This document shows, in pieces, positions 1-9,688 of a stretch of DNA of 64,000 bases. A program made the position numbers and the translations under genes. Numbering within the stretch: the stretch's first letter is position 1; every line of letters starts with the position of its first letter. This stretch comes from an uncultured virus (IMG/VR IMGVR_UViG_3300032132_000750). Lineage: Duplodnaviria > Heunggongvirae > Uroviricota > Caudoviricetes. The stretch is taken from the IMG/VR virus record IMGVR_UViG_3300032132_000750. One strand, written 5' to 3'. Below the pieces are notes generated by a model. That model saw only the letters and a list, made by a program, of their open reading frames with translations, did not search any database and was not told where the DNA came from.

Positions 1-91
1 AACTATCGAAAAAACCATAGATTTTATTGAACGATTAGCTCGTGAAGGCAATCGTCAAGCTGCGCAATATTTAACCCAGGCTGTTGATGAG

Positions 92-883
92 ATGGCTCAA
101 CTTATTGGCTTGCCTAGTGGTGGGTATCAACGCCTAAGAAACGCAGGTACTGAGACAATATTAGATGCTGGTTTAGAGACTTGGAATGATGCTAAGTATG
201 ACGAACTAAACAATTCAGCAGGTTGGATAGAGATGTCCAAGTACATGTATTATAGTGTGGGCAACCGCGATAGTGGTGGAGCCCTTAAATTTGTAGTATT
301 AGCTAGAGATTCTATCCACTTCATGCGTAATATCACCCCAGCCGAAGATGCGCGTAGAGCAACCACTATCAAGCAGCTAATTGATGTAGGTAGGCGAGAC
401 GCAGGCCAACTAGGCGTTGCACGAGCTACCTTACAAAAAGCCTGGATTACTGAAGCTACCCGCAAGGCATTGCAAACCCAACTTGATGACGCCTATAAGG
501 GTGCGAAAGTTAAAAACCCAGATGCGAGCACTTTTTCACTTATCGGATCTGCTGTCTTTTCAATGTTTGCGCCGGAAGGTCAAGAAGATATTTTCATGGA
601 AGCCGGGGGTCAAGCCGCCGACGACATAGCAGCCGGTGACCCATTGCGCTCAAAACGGGTGCAGAATATGTCCTGGTCGGACGTATATGATCCCGACACT
701 ATTGACTACGGCGTTACCGGTGATCCTAAAGCGGCGGCAGCTCGCGGTAGAAAATTACGCGGTGAAGATTGCTTTACCTTTGACGTGAAATGCCAATATT
801 CACGGAACAAGTTCAAGGTTTGGGCGGCTGCTATTGGTGTGGCTGGTTTAGCAGGATTATTACTCTACGGATGGGTAAAGTAA
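92..883 (+). CDS. Hypothetical protein with C-terminal membrane anchor (possible virion/membrane protein)
   Basis: 263-aa ORF ending in hydrophobic VWAAAIGVAGLAGLLLYGWVK; no recognisable domain. Confidence 0.6.
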   Translation: MAQLIGLPSGGYQRLRNAGTETILDAGLETWNDAKYDELNNSAGWIEMSKYMYYSVGNRDSGGALKFVVLARDSIHFMRNITPAEDARRATTIKQLIDVGRRDAGQLGVARATLQKAWITEATRKALQTQLDDAYKGAKVKNPDASTFSLIGSAVFSMFAPEGQEDIFMEAGGQAADDIAAGDPLRSKRVQNMSWSDVYDPDTIDYGVTGDPKAAAARGRKLRGEDCFTFDVKCQYSRNKFKVWAAAIGVAGLAGLLLYGWVK

Positions 884-1251
884 TGAGAAGACCTGGATAT
901 TTAGGTGATTTAGAAGATACATGGTTTGGCAATTTTAGTGGCCGAGGTCGTGCAAGAGGTAAATCAAGACGTATAGCAGGCAAGGGACCTACAACGGCAG
1001 AACACAAACAGCGGTGTTTGAAATGTTGTAAAGGTAACTCAAACAGAGGAATTCATTCGTGCCTTAATGTGAACAAGTGCCGTGCAAATGCTAAATACTG
1101 GTGTCAGGATTACAGTAAGAATAAGTGTAAGTCGTGTTGCAAGAAAAATACTCGCCGCAAAGTCAAACGATGCCTTGCGAAAAACGACTGTAAAAAAGGT
1201 CACAAAAAACACTGTGATCGGGCCAAGTATAAGGCCCTCCCTAAACGCTAG
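883..1251 (+). CDS. Cys/Lys/Arg-rich small protein with internal duplication
   Basis: ATG at 883 overlaps the previous stop (TAATG); two CxxCCK..CL..N.C units. Confidence 0.6.
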   Translation: MRRPGYLGDLEDTWFGNFSGRGRARGKSRRIAGKGPTTAEHKQRCLKCCKGNSNRGIHSCLNVNKCRANAKYWCQDYSKNKCKSCCKKNTRRKVKRCLAKNDCKKGHKKHCDRAKYKALPKR

Positions 1252-1282
1252 CAACCCCTAGACTTACGGCTTAAATTGGTCC

Positions 1283-1311
1283 TTGCTAGTCTCCGGCCAG
1301 CGTGATACCTT
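1283..1311 (+). promoter_or_regulatory. Sigma70-type promoter; 20-bp core repeated at 62816
   Basis: TTGCTA-17 nt-TACCTT with extended TG; CTTGCTAGTCTCCGGCCAGC is identical at 1282 and 62816. Confidence 0.6.
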
Positions 1312-1332
1312 GTAAGCTGTCAAGGGGAGTAT

Positions 1333-1812
1333 GTGGATAGGAGATTGCGAGAGGCTGAGCGTTTAGCTGTACAGGGAGATTTTACAGCTATTACCTTGCT
1401 TCGAGCAATGTACACAAAAACTGGCATCATCAGTAAAGCAATACACGTTAAATGCGCCTACAGCGGTCGCGGAGAAAAAGGATCTCTCCACGCTGTTGAT
1501 CCGTTTATGCCAGAAAATTATTCAAAACACCTATGTCATGGTCTCAACACAGTAGGAAATCCTTTTCTAGGCTTTCCTACCTGTAAACCTTGTATAAAGT
1601 TAGTTATTGCGGGACGGGTAGAGTTTCCAAACAAAAAAGCTACTATCAGGTTTCACGGAACAACGGGTCCTAAAATGCGGTTTAATGAGGAAACCCAAAA
1701 ATGGGGATGTCCTTGTAATGTCTGCGAAAATGTTCGTAAAACATGGAAACCTGCCATAGCTAAACTGCGCCTCACCTCAATGATGAGATTTCCGAGAGAG
1801 TGGAGAACGTAG
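1333..1812 (+). CDS. Hypothetical protein, N-terminal DxxLRxLER module, Cys motifs
   Basis: GTG start after GGGGAG; begins MDRRLREAER; CxxC motifs. Confidence 0.65.
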   Translation: MDRRLREAERLAVQGDFTAITLLRAMYTKTGIISKAIHVKCAYSGRGEKGSLHAVDPFMPENYSKHLCHGLNTVGNPFLGFPTCKPCIKLVIAGRVEFPNKKATIRFHGTTGPKMRFNEETQKWGCPCNVCENVRKTWKPAIAKLRLTSMMRFPREWRT

Positions 1813-1915
1813 AGCGTTGAACATTGGGCTTAGTCTACCGAGATGCAGGTCTTGGTCTTCGTTCTTGCTTAGTGTGTTGCTAGGTGCTAAGCTCAATGTT
1901 CAACGTTCTGCGTTC
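1805..1915 (+). ncRNA. Long hairpin with 30-bp heptad-repeat stem (family member 1)
   Basis: 1805-1834 pairs with 1886-1915 with only G-U deviations. Confidence 0.6.
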
Positions 1916-1925
1916 GGGAGCCTTA

Positions 1926-2255
1926 ATGAGTCGAACTAATAGCCCTTGTTCCAACTGTAATTACAGCGTTTATTCTGATGACGACCACGACTGTATTGTC
2001 GCAGATCGGGCTGTAGAGCACCCGAATCAATTTCCTTCCAAGGCTCATTGGGTGATTCTTACCTTTGATAAGAACCCAGCCACCGGATACCATAATAAAC
2101 CGGAATACAGAGCTTATTTTTCTGAGCCAAGCTGGAAGCAGAAAATAGCAGAGCTTACTGAGCAAGAAGCTCTCTTTACTGCGTTCAAAGCGTCTAAAGC
2201 AGCTAAAATCACTACCCAAGTTTCAATTGACATTGACATAGAGGAACCTCAATGA
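1926..2255 (+). CDS. Hypothetical protein
   Basis: ATG after GGGAG, in frame with ORF 1884. Confidence 0.6.
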   Translation: MSRTNSPCSNCNYSVYSDDDHDCIVADRAVEHPNQFPSKAHWVILTFDKNPATGYHNKPEYRAYFSEPSWKQKIAELTEQEALFTAFKASKAAKITTQVSIDIDIEEPQ

Positions 2256-2403
2256 ACACGCCTTCTCCCTGCGATACTTGCCAGCACTGCTACACTGACC
2301 CCCTTCAGAAGAACAACCCGGATAATGAATCCGAGTGCAAGAAGGATGTCAAGGACCAACACTGGGGCGACGAAAACTGTCCGCTCTTTGAAGTCAAGAA
2401 TTA

Positions 2404-2631
2404 GTGCCGAGGCCCGTTAAAGCGCCTACATCTGAACTTGACCCCCGTGGAGCGGAAGTAAATGCGACTGTCATTCTTCCTATCTACTTGCAAGGTGTTC
2501 AGTTTGAGCCTGGTATGACGAATCAGGAAAAACAAGAAAAGCTTGCACAGCTAGCTCTCAAAGTATTACGGGAGCATGGAACACCAGAACCCATCATTCA
2601 CGAATGTAGTGATGAGGATCTTGTCGAATAA
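2404..2631 (+). CDS. Hypothetical protein
   Basis: 75-aa ORF in a co-directional run. Confidence 0.5.
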   Translation: MPRPVKAPTSELDPRGAEVNATVILPIYLQGVQFEPGMTNQEKQEKLAQLALKVLREHGTPEPIIHECSDEDLVE

Positions 2632-2679
2632 AACAAGTAGGCCCTAATTAGGGTCCATTCTCGTTTATCGAGGATGGTT

Positions 2680-2750
2680 TGAGCACTGGTCTAACAGAAA
2701 GATGGTGTGCTTCTAACACGTCGATGTAGGTGCAAATCCTACGTGCTCAT
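2680..2750 (+). tRNA. tRNA-Arg(TCT), atypical (TGCAAAT T-loop)
   Basis: Acceptor TGAGCAC/GTGCTCA, D stem GTCT/AGAT, anticodon loop CTTCTAA, T arm GTAGG-TGCAAAT-CCTAC; no encoded CCA. Confidence 0.7.
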
Positions 2751-2754
2751 TTTA

Positions 2755-2951
2755 GAAGGTACTTTTGGTGGCTGGAATATTAACCATTCATTAATGAATT
2801 CATTAATACAATAAGTATACTCCAATCGAACTATCGGCTTATTTTATAATAAGATATCACATAAAATAGCCCTATGATACTTTTCGACGTGGAAACACGA
2901 GGGTTGCGTTTATGGAAATATCTAGTGTAGGTTCAAATCCTGCTACCTTCA
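2755..2951 (+). ncRNA. tRNA-like RNA: acceptor stem plus T arm enclosing ~165 nt
   Basis: GAAGGTA/TACCTTC-A and GTAGG-TTCAAAT-CCTGC. Confidence 0.5.
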
Positions 2952-2955
2952 TCTG

Positions 2956-3546
2956 ATGGCTAAAAACAAACACGACAAACAAAAGCGTTCTTGGGGTGGT
3001 GCAATAAAGCGAACCAACCCCAGCGCTCCCAGCGTAATAATTGATCGTGAAATACGATCTGCAATTTTGGGTAAGTTTTGTCCCGAGCAACCGAAGATTC
3101 TGGATTACGGTTGTGGTCACGGGTTTGACGCGGATCATTATGGTTGGGATAGTTATGATCCGTATTACCGACCAAATAACAAAGTTGAAGGCCCCTACGA
3201 CTTTGTAGTTTGCACTAACGTTTTGAACGTATTAAGCAGAAACAACAGAAGTAAGCTGCTTACTAAAATAAAAAGCCTTCTCACAGAAAACGGTTTGGCA
3301 TATCTGACGGTGCCTCGTAATATTCCTGTGACCGGAAAGCTAGGGATACATCACAGCCTGCTGAATTACGTAGTTTTTTCTACACCAAAGCCGGGAATCA
3401 TGGAAGATGAAATGTGGCGCAAACACATGTTTCGCTACATTGAAGAACCCGGAGAATTTGTTATCTATCAGATGTCCAAAACAAGTAAGTTCAAAGACAA
3501 AACTAAAGAATTTATGACAGCACGAGACAAGCGGGCCGCTAAATAA
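2956..3546 (+). CDS. Class I SAM-dependent methyltransferase
   Basis: ILDYGCGHG motif I; YDFVVCTNVLNV. Confidence 0.8.
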   Translation: MAKNKHDKQKRSWGGAIKRTNPSAPSVIIDREIRSAILGKFCPEQPKILDYGCGHGFDADHYGWDSYDPYYRPNNKVEGPYDFVVCTNVLNVLSRNNRSKLLTKIKSLLTENGLAYLTVPRNIPVTGKLGIHHSLLNYVVFSTPKPGIMEDEMWRKHMFRYIEEPGEFVIYQMSKTSKFKDKTKEFMTARDKRAAK

Positions 3547-4250
3547 TGGATCAACAAGCGTATACAGACCATCTTTATGATCGGCTTCAACAACATGCAG
3601 GGCCTCTGGCTTTGCGTCAGCTCGCAAAGCGTATCCAAACTTCAGTTAAATTAAAGCTGGCGGTTGTTTCTGTTTCGATACTTAAAATCGAAGACGCGCC
3701 TCAGTATTCAGCTCTCGCGGGAATCGTGTCACCGCAAACTCTGCGTTTTACTACTTTTCTTGAAGAAGGCTCTCCAATAGAGTCAGCTTTGGATCAAATT
3801 CCTGCTGAAGATAGGGTAGGAGCGGTAATAACAAATTGCATGTATGCTGACCCCAACTTCTGTGGAAATGTCAGTGTAGCAAGAAACACTCCCGCTAAAA
3901 TAGCTCCGGTTACTGACTTTAGAGGGGATAAGCATCCACAACACTATCAACTTCATCTCCAAATAGGTGGGGATATTGCGAAAGCGTCTAAGTATCTGGA
4001 GAAGGTGGTTGTTGAGGTCCACATACCGACGCTTACAAGAGTCTACAATGAAGTTCTTACTCCGGGAGAACATCTAAACGTAGCCTTACAAAATGTGCTT
4101 GTAAGTCTTGTTGCTTCTGGCGATCTTCTCGTTTATCACAAAATAATAACCATCAAGGACCAAACAACTAAGGCTTGCGTAAATCTGGAAGATCCAGTAG
4201 TTCTTGGTCATTATTATGATATGACAATTTCACCTGAAGGTGCGGTATGA
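3546..4250 (+). CDS. Hypothetical protein (N-terminus paralogous to 4247)
   Basis: Coupled start; shared Y.xH.Y..L...A.P..L..LA.R motif. Confidence 0.6.
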   Translation: MDQQAYTDHLYDRLQQHAGPLALRQLAKRIQTSVKLKLAVVSVSILKIEDAPQYSALAGIVSPQTLRFTTFLEEGSPIESALDQIPAEDRVGAVITNCMYADPNFCGNVSVARNTPAKIAPVTDFRGDKHPQHYQLHLQIGGDIAKASKYLEKVVVEVHIPTLTRVYNEVLTPGEHLNVALQNVLVSLVASGDLLVYHKIITIKDQTTKACVNLEDPVVLGHYYDMTISPEGAV

Positions 4251-4684
4251 ACGACGAAATCTATCTTGAACACCAGTATGAGTCGTTGATTAAAAACGCA
4301 ACTCCGCAAGGATTGGCGGTTTTGGCGGCTAGGCTTAAAGCTTTTGCTAAAACTAAAATAGCTACAGTTCACGTTGATATAACCTTTATTAGAGATCATG
4401 ATGGCTTATGTCGGCAGACTGTGGGATGCCAATACATTACGGTCGAACTTCCGGCTGCTGCGAATTGGAAGAATAACGTTTCGAAAGGCTCTCGTGTTTC
4501 TGACGCTCTTGACTCCATTAAAGAGGTATATTGTGGCAGAAATATACTTCTTAAAGAAGCTAAACGGATCGAACCACTCAAAGCATATCAACAACACCCA
4601 GCAACCAATGAAAAGCTTTGCCCCGGAACGTGGGTAATACCAGAATACGTCTATACGTTGTATTTAGATGTTCTAGTGGATTAA
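4247..4684 (+). CDS. Hypothetical protein (paralogous to 3546)
   Basis: ATGA overlap; shared N-terminal motif. Confidence 0.6.
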   Translation: MNDEIYLEHQYESLIKNATPQGLAVLAARLKAFAKTKIATVHVDITFIRDHDGLCRQTVGCQYITVELPAAANWKNNVSKGSRVSDALDSIKEVYCGRNILLKEAKRIEPLKAYQQHPATNEKLCPGTWVIPEYVYTLYLDVLVD

Positions 4685-6217
4685 ATGCCAAAAACACCCA
4701 AACATTGCGTTCGAACAGGACCCAACACTCTTGAGATTGAGGGTGTTGAGGTCAAAAACCGCATCTACGCTAATGAAGATGTGCCTGTTGAAGATGACGC
4801 CGTCGAAGAACTCAGATCCTTGCTCGAAGTTCAGAAAACGGCTGACGCTATGTACAAAGCTAAGCCAAATTGGTTTACTAAGAAGCCTAAGATTCTTCAG
4901 GTAAACCTTTCACCGGACTTTCATAAAGGTGCGGGAATTCCTATCGGAACCACTTTGGTCACAGAAGGAATGGTTATACCGCAAGCAGTTGGAAACGACG
5001 TTAACTGCGGAGTCCGTCTTCTTCGACTTGGAATTCGTGCTGATGCCTTGATTGGTGGACTAGACAATTTAGAGCCTGTTTTACGGAAAATTTTCTTCGA
5101 GGGGGGTCGTAATATCGCGCTCTCTCAGGAACAAAGAAAATCTATAATCGGCTCTGGGGTGATGCATCTAACCAAAGAAGTCCGAGAAAACGAAGATGCC
5201 AACAGCATCTGGAAATACTTTAATCAACGAAGACACAACCTAGAACTAAGTAAAACCCGCCATAACGGGGGTTTCAATACAAACGGAAACTCTTTTGGGT
5301 TGGAGGATTACCTCACCCGGAGAGGTATTAGCCGTGACTCCCAAATAGGAAGTATAGGAGGCGGTAATCACTTTGTTGAACTACAGGTAGTGAAGAAAAT
5401 TCACAACAGGACTATGGCTCATCACTGGGGTCTCCGAAAAGGCCGAGTGGTAGCGATGATCCACAGTGGGTCTGTAGGAATCGGACACCTGTGCGGAGGG
5501 CTCTACAATACAGTTGTTCGTGATATCTATAAAAAAACAGGGCTTAAGTTTCCAGATAACGGTATTTTTCCGCTTCCCGATGCTATTCCTGAATTCAAAC
5601 GTTTTTGGACGATGCTCCATAATGCTGCGAACTTTGCATTTGCCAATAGGATGTTTCTGGGGCTCATGTTACAACAGGCTATCGCAGAAGCCTATGAGTT
5701 CGCCCCCTCCCTAAATCTACTCTACGATACTCCTCATAATCTGGCCTGGCCTGCAAACAACGAAGGTCACATTGTTCATCGTAAAGGTACAAGCCCGGCC
5801 TGCGGAAATGAGTGGAGCTTTAACCGAGGATTTGAGCGTCCTTGCGGAGAACCAGTCCTGATTCCAGGATCTATGGGCTCATCAAGCTTTATTATGCAAG
5901 GATTGGGTAATTCAGACGCGCTCTACTCTGCCTCTCATGGTGCGGGCCGTTCTTTGAGTAGGGGTAAGGCTCTGAAATTTGATGATGAAGCCTTTCAGGC
6001 ATTTCTGAGAGACTTCCGCATCATTACTCCCATTGATCCTAACAGAAAAGATATAAAGAGTAGAAAGGACATTCTCAAAAAATATCACGAATCACTGAAG
6101 AAAGAGGCTCCGTTCGCCTACAAGGATGTCTATCCGGTTGTAAACACTTTGCGAGATGCTAAGATCGCTGATCCCGTAGCAGAGTTAAGTCCCATCCTAA
6201 CTCTCAAAGGAAACTAG
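4685..6217 (+). CDS. rtcB: RtcB family RNA ligase (3'-phosphate/5'-OH)
   Basis: PDFHKG, GNDVNCG, GGGNHFVE, HSGS, HRKG, PGSMG, SHGAGR, EAPFAYK motifs. Confidence 0.95.
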   Translation: MPKTPKHCVRTGPNTLEIEGVEVKNRIYANEDVPVEDDAVEELRSLLEVQKTADAMYKAKPNWFTKKPKILQVNLSPDFHKGAGIPIGTTLVTEGMVIPQAVGNDVNCGVRLLRLGIRADALIGGLDNLEPVLRKIFFEGGRNIALSQEQRKSIIGSGVMHLTKEVRENEDANSIWKYFNQRRHNLELSKTRHNGGFNTNGNSFGLEDYLTRRGISRDSQIGSIGGGNHFVELQVVKKIHNRTMAHHWGLRKGRVVAMIHSGSVGIGHLCGGLYNTVVRDIYKKTGLKFPDNGIFPLPDAIPEFKRFWTMLHNAANFAFANRMFLGLMLQQAIAEAYEFAPSLNLLYDTPHNLAWPANNEGHIVHRKGTSPACGNEWSFNRGFERPCGEPVLIPGSMGSSSFIMQGLGNSDALYSASHGAGRSLSRGKALKFDDEAFQAFLRDFRIITPIDPNRKDIKSRKDILKKYHESLKKEAPFAYKDVYPVVNTLRDAKIADPVAELSPILTLKGN

Positions 6218-6999
6218 TGGCACGCAAAGAAAGATTAGATCGATATATGGATAGTTTTGTCGAAACCTTTGACAAATTTTGTAAAAAAAGGGCTATTAAG
6301 TCTTTAGATGAAGAAGCTAAAATACTACTTTTCCAGATTTTTATGGATACCTTTGATGACACCCCTCCCAACAAACGTAGCAGAAAACGCTAACAATGGT
6401 TCCTGAGTGTCTTTCTTGCCATCACAACATCTGGCTTCTTAAACGCCTTTATGCAAGAAAAAAAGACGCAGCCGAAAAGCAGTTACTAGCTTTGGAAAAA
6501 GCAATTAACAGAGTTATTGTCTATACTCGTGCTTGTGATAGGCACCCAAGATTTTCGCTTCTTGACGCGGTAGCCCCCACCCAAATTGACCATGAGAAAA
6601 TCTTTCTCGTCCCGCATTCAAGAGTATGACATGGCCAGCTTTGGGCCACATCACAACGAATTTGATAGAACCTGGCTTTTGTGGAAAGATTATTTCACAA
6701 TAGCTATTTTTGACTTTCCGTTATTCATGATTCGTATATATAAATGGCCGGATAAAAAGAAATCAACTTTGGTATTAGCTCTTTTGGGCTTCACTCTTAC
6801 TTTTGTAAGCACCCGCGAAAGAACTCTATGATTGACACTGACTGGATCATGACATCGTCCCTCAAGCACGATGATTTTTGTCTTAGAGTAATGGCGAAAT
6901 ACGCACCTTCACATAACGGGCCACTACAGCGCTGGGAAAAATTCCTAGATATCAGACGATTGGTTAGCAAAGTAAAAGCTTTTGCTAAGAATCGTCCAA

Positions 7000-8289
7000 A
7001 TGGCTAGCATAGCAGAAGTTCTTCCTGCTATCATCGCTGCTTTAGAAGCAGACACGTCACTGTCTATGCAGGGAGCATCGAGACAGTTTGGGGTTAATTT
7101 CTCTACTTTGCGAAACGCTCTTATGCGTGGTGGTCGCGAAGACCTCGTTAAAAGAAAACGAACGGCCATTATCCCCGAGGAGAAGCAGAAGAAACTTGCT
7201 GCGCTAATCTCGCTTCTCGATTCCGATTCTAGCTTGTGCATCACACCTGCGGCAAAACGTCTAGGGATTCTGCCCAAAACAGCGCTTAACTGGTTGGAGC
7301 GGGCCGGGATCAAGGACGAGTATCTCCTTAGAACAGAAAAGAGAAAGAAAAAAAGCAGGTCATTTGCTTACAATAAGCTAGTAAAGGACCTTCGGGCGAA
7401 CCCAACCACTAATGCAAAAACCCTCTGCAAAGAAAAAGGACTTTGCTATGACACTTTTCTAAAGTGGGCTAGGGTCAACGCATCAGAACTACTTAAGAAA
7501 AAGAAACGTCACCCCAAAGAACTTAAAACTAAGGTTTTAGCTGAAGTCCGTGCAGAAATGGTCGCTCAGGGCAAATGCAATCTAGCAGTTCTTTGTAGAA
7601 AGCATAAGCTCAACACTAGAACTGTAGGAGATTGGATCAAAAAGTCCGACATTGAATACGTCGGAGCCCGGACAATCATCACAGATGAGCAAAAAAGAGA
7701 TTATTTTGAGCGGGCAGTAGTAGTTCTAGATGCGGATCCAAAACTAACTATTGATAAAGCATCAGAAATGATTAGCGTAGGGGTAACTACTTTACGGAAT
7801 ATCTTAAATGCTAGGGGGAGAAGCGATCTACTTCAGCGACATTTAACCGCTAAACATAGTTGGAAGAAATACAAGCTACAGAAAAAGGTAATCAGAGAGC
7901 TTGAAACTACAAACTTTCCTATAAGTGTTGTTGCTCTCAAATACAATATTACTACAGAGACTTTGAAGCGATGGCTTAATGCTGCTGATCGCCTGCAGGA
8001 ATTTCTTGGAAGAAGACTAGCAAAATCTGATTACACTTCCTTTGAAATAGGAAACTGCTATCTTCTAGGTAAAAAGGCTTATCTTGCTACACCTGTTTGT
8101 TTAATATCAAGAGACCCTAAAAATGGTAGGGTCGGGCAAGGCTATCCAGTTCCCGGCCTTTACAAACGAGCAAAGGATGACTTTACCTCCAGGGATCTTG
8201 CTAATGCATGGGGTCTGGAAACCCTTTCTGAATTAGACGATGTTGTTTACCCATATTTTGACTACATTCGTTTGCTGCGGGCCGCCTAG
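7000..8289 (+). CDS. Basic protein with about six tandem helix-turn-helix-like repeats
   Basis: Repeated units such as ASRQFGVNFSTLRN, AAKRLGILPKTALNW, ALKYNITTETLKRW; start chosen at ATG 7000. Confidence 0.65.
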   Translation: MASIAEVLPAIIAALEADTSLSMQGASRQFGVNFSTLRNALMRGGREDLVKRKRTAIIPEEKQKKLAALISLLDSDSSLCITPAAKRLGILPKTALNWLERAGIKDEYLLRTEKRKKKSRSFAYNKLVKDLRANPTTNAKTLCKEKGLCYDTFLKWARVNASELLKKKKRHPKELKTKVLAEVRAEMVAQGKCNLAVLCRKHKLNTRTVGDWIKKSDIEYVGARTIITDEQKRDYFERAVVVLDADPKLTIDKASEMISVGVTTLRNILNARGRSDLLQRHLTAKHSWKKYKLQKKVIRELETTNFPISVVALKYNITTETLKRWLNAADRLQEFLGRRLAKSDYTSFEIGNCYLLGKKAYLATPVCLISRDPKNGRVGQGYPVPGLYKRAKDDFTSRDLANAWGLETLSELDDVVYPYFDYIRLLRAA

Positions 8290-8387
8290 TCTGTAAGTCT
8301 ATATTTTTTCGTCAAACTAAAGCTTGAAACTTCTCCTCTGGTCGGGATACTTGGGGTAGAGAGTTCCGATTCCATAGAAAGTTTAAT

Positions 8388-9686
8388 GTGACTCAGGTTG
8401 AGCCTATCCACGACATATCGTTCCTAGAACGAACCATCGAGCAAGTTGTTTCTCGCAAAGAGCTTGTAGAACGTCTTGCTAGCGGTAAACAGCTCCGTAT
8501 CAAGTACGGAGTGGATGTGACCGCTGCTTTCCTGCATACAGGACACGCAGTTAATCTCTGGATGATGCGTTGGCTTCAAGAGCGAGGCCATAAAGTAGTT
8601 TTTCTGGTCGGGAACTTCACTACTCGAATAGGTGATCCTACAGGAAAAGACAAAACCCGAGCCATCATCGATCCTGAAACAATCGAAAAGAATGCAGAAG
8701 AGTTTATTAAGCAAGTAAGCACTATTTTGCTTACTGATCCCGAGGTCTTTGAGATTCGTCGTAATGGTGACTGGTATGACCAGATGCCACTAGATGATTT
8801 TTTCAAGCTCATCGGTCGGATTACTCATGGGCACCTCGTGTCTCGTGATATGTTTAGGAAAAGAATTGCCGAGGGTAGTTCAATCCACATGCACGAATTC
8901 CTCTATCCTGTGCTTCAGGGTTGGGATAGCGTTGTCCTTAAGAGTGATCTAACCATTGTTGGTAGTGACCAGCTATTTAATGAGATGATGGGACGAACCT
9001 TCCAACAGCAAGAAGGTCAGGACCCTCAGATCATTATCACAACCAAAATTACTCCGGGTCTTTGTGGAAAGAAGAAACAAAGCAAGAGCTTGGGCAACTA
9101 CATAGCTCTGGCCGACACCCCACGAGATAAGTTTGGGAAGATAATGAGTATTCCTGACTCGTTAATCGTCCCCTATTTCAAAGTCTATACCGACGTTCCG
9201 ATGCACGCGGTAGAGGCCGCAGAGAAGCTCCTAAAGCCTCTGGGAGATATTCCTGCCTGCAACCCCATGCCCATAAAGAAGGATCTTGCTGCAAAACTAG
9301 TTGAACGATATCACGGAAAAGAAGCTGCGCAGCAAGAGCGTGATTGGTTTGAAGAGACTTTCAGTAAAAAGAAGATTCCTGACGATATTCCAGTTATCAG
9401 AATAGAGCATATGACTACGGTCATGGAGCTTCTTAAAATCTGCAAGCCAGATAGTAGCAATAGTGCTATTCGTAAGCTAGTTGAGGCTGGCGCTGTTAGG
9501 CTTGATAATCAAAAACTACAAATAGAAGCCCTCAAGCACGGGTATGCGCTAGCTTTGTTAGCCATAAAACGTGATACTCACGCAAACGACTTTAATTGTG
9601 AGACTGAAACCGAAGCGATACTTAAGATCGGAAAGCGGTCCTGGTTTAAGGTTATTATGCCTGCGGCTCCTGAAAAATCCGAGTAA
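8388..9686 (+). CDS. tyrS: Tyrosyl-tRNA synthetase
   Basis: KYGVDVT..LHTGH, YPVLQGWD, GSDQLFN, KQSKSLGN, C-terminal S4-like domain. Confidence 0.95.
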   Translation: MTQVEPIHDISFLERTIEQVVSRKELVERLASGKQLRIKYGVDVTAAFLHTGHAVNLWMMRWLQERGHKVVFLVGNFTTRIGDPTGKDKTRAIIDPETIEKNAEEFIKQVSTILLTDPEVFEIRRNGDWYDQMPLDDFFKLIGRITHGHLVSRDMFRKRIAEGSSIHMHEFLYPVLQGWDSVVLKSDLTIVGSDQLFNEMMGRTFQQQEGQDPQIIITTKITPGLCGKKKQSKSLGNYIALADTPRDKFGKIMSIPDSLIVPYFKVYTDVPMHAVEAAEKLLKPLGDIPACNPMPIKKDLAAKLVERYHGKEAAQQERDWFEETFSKKKIPDDIPVIRIEHMTTVMELLKICKPDSSNSAIRKLVEAGAVRLDNQKLQIEALKHGYALALLAIKRDTHANDFNCETETEAILKIGKRSWFKVIMPAAPEKSE

Positions 9687-9688
9687 AT

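Noticed and set aside
2680..2750. Amber suppressor tRNA (CTA) or a recoded genetic code
   Set aside because: The loop CTTCTAA centres on TCT; conserved genes are uninterrupted and end at TAG, TGA or TAA as in the standard code
2755..2951. tmRNA
   Set aside because: Too short, lacks the G3-U pair and a clear tag ORF; kept only as tRNA-like RNA
7000..8289. Transposase / IS element
   Set aside because: Only HTH-like repeats; no DDE catalytic domain or terminal inverted repeats seen
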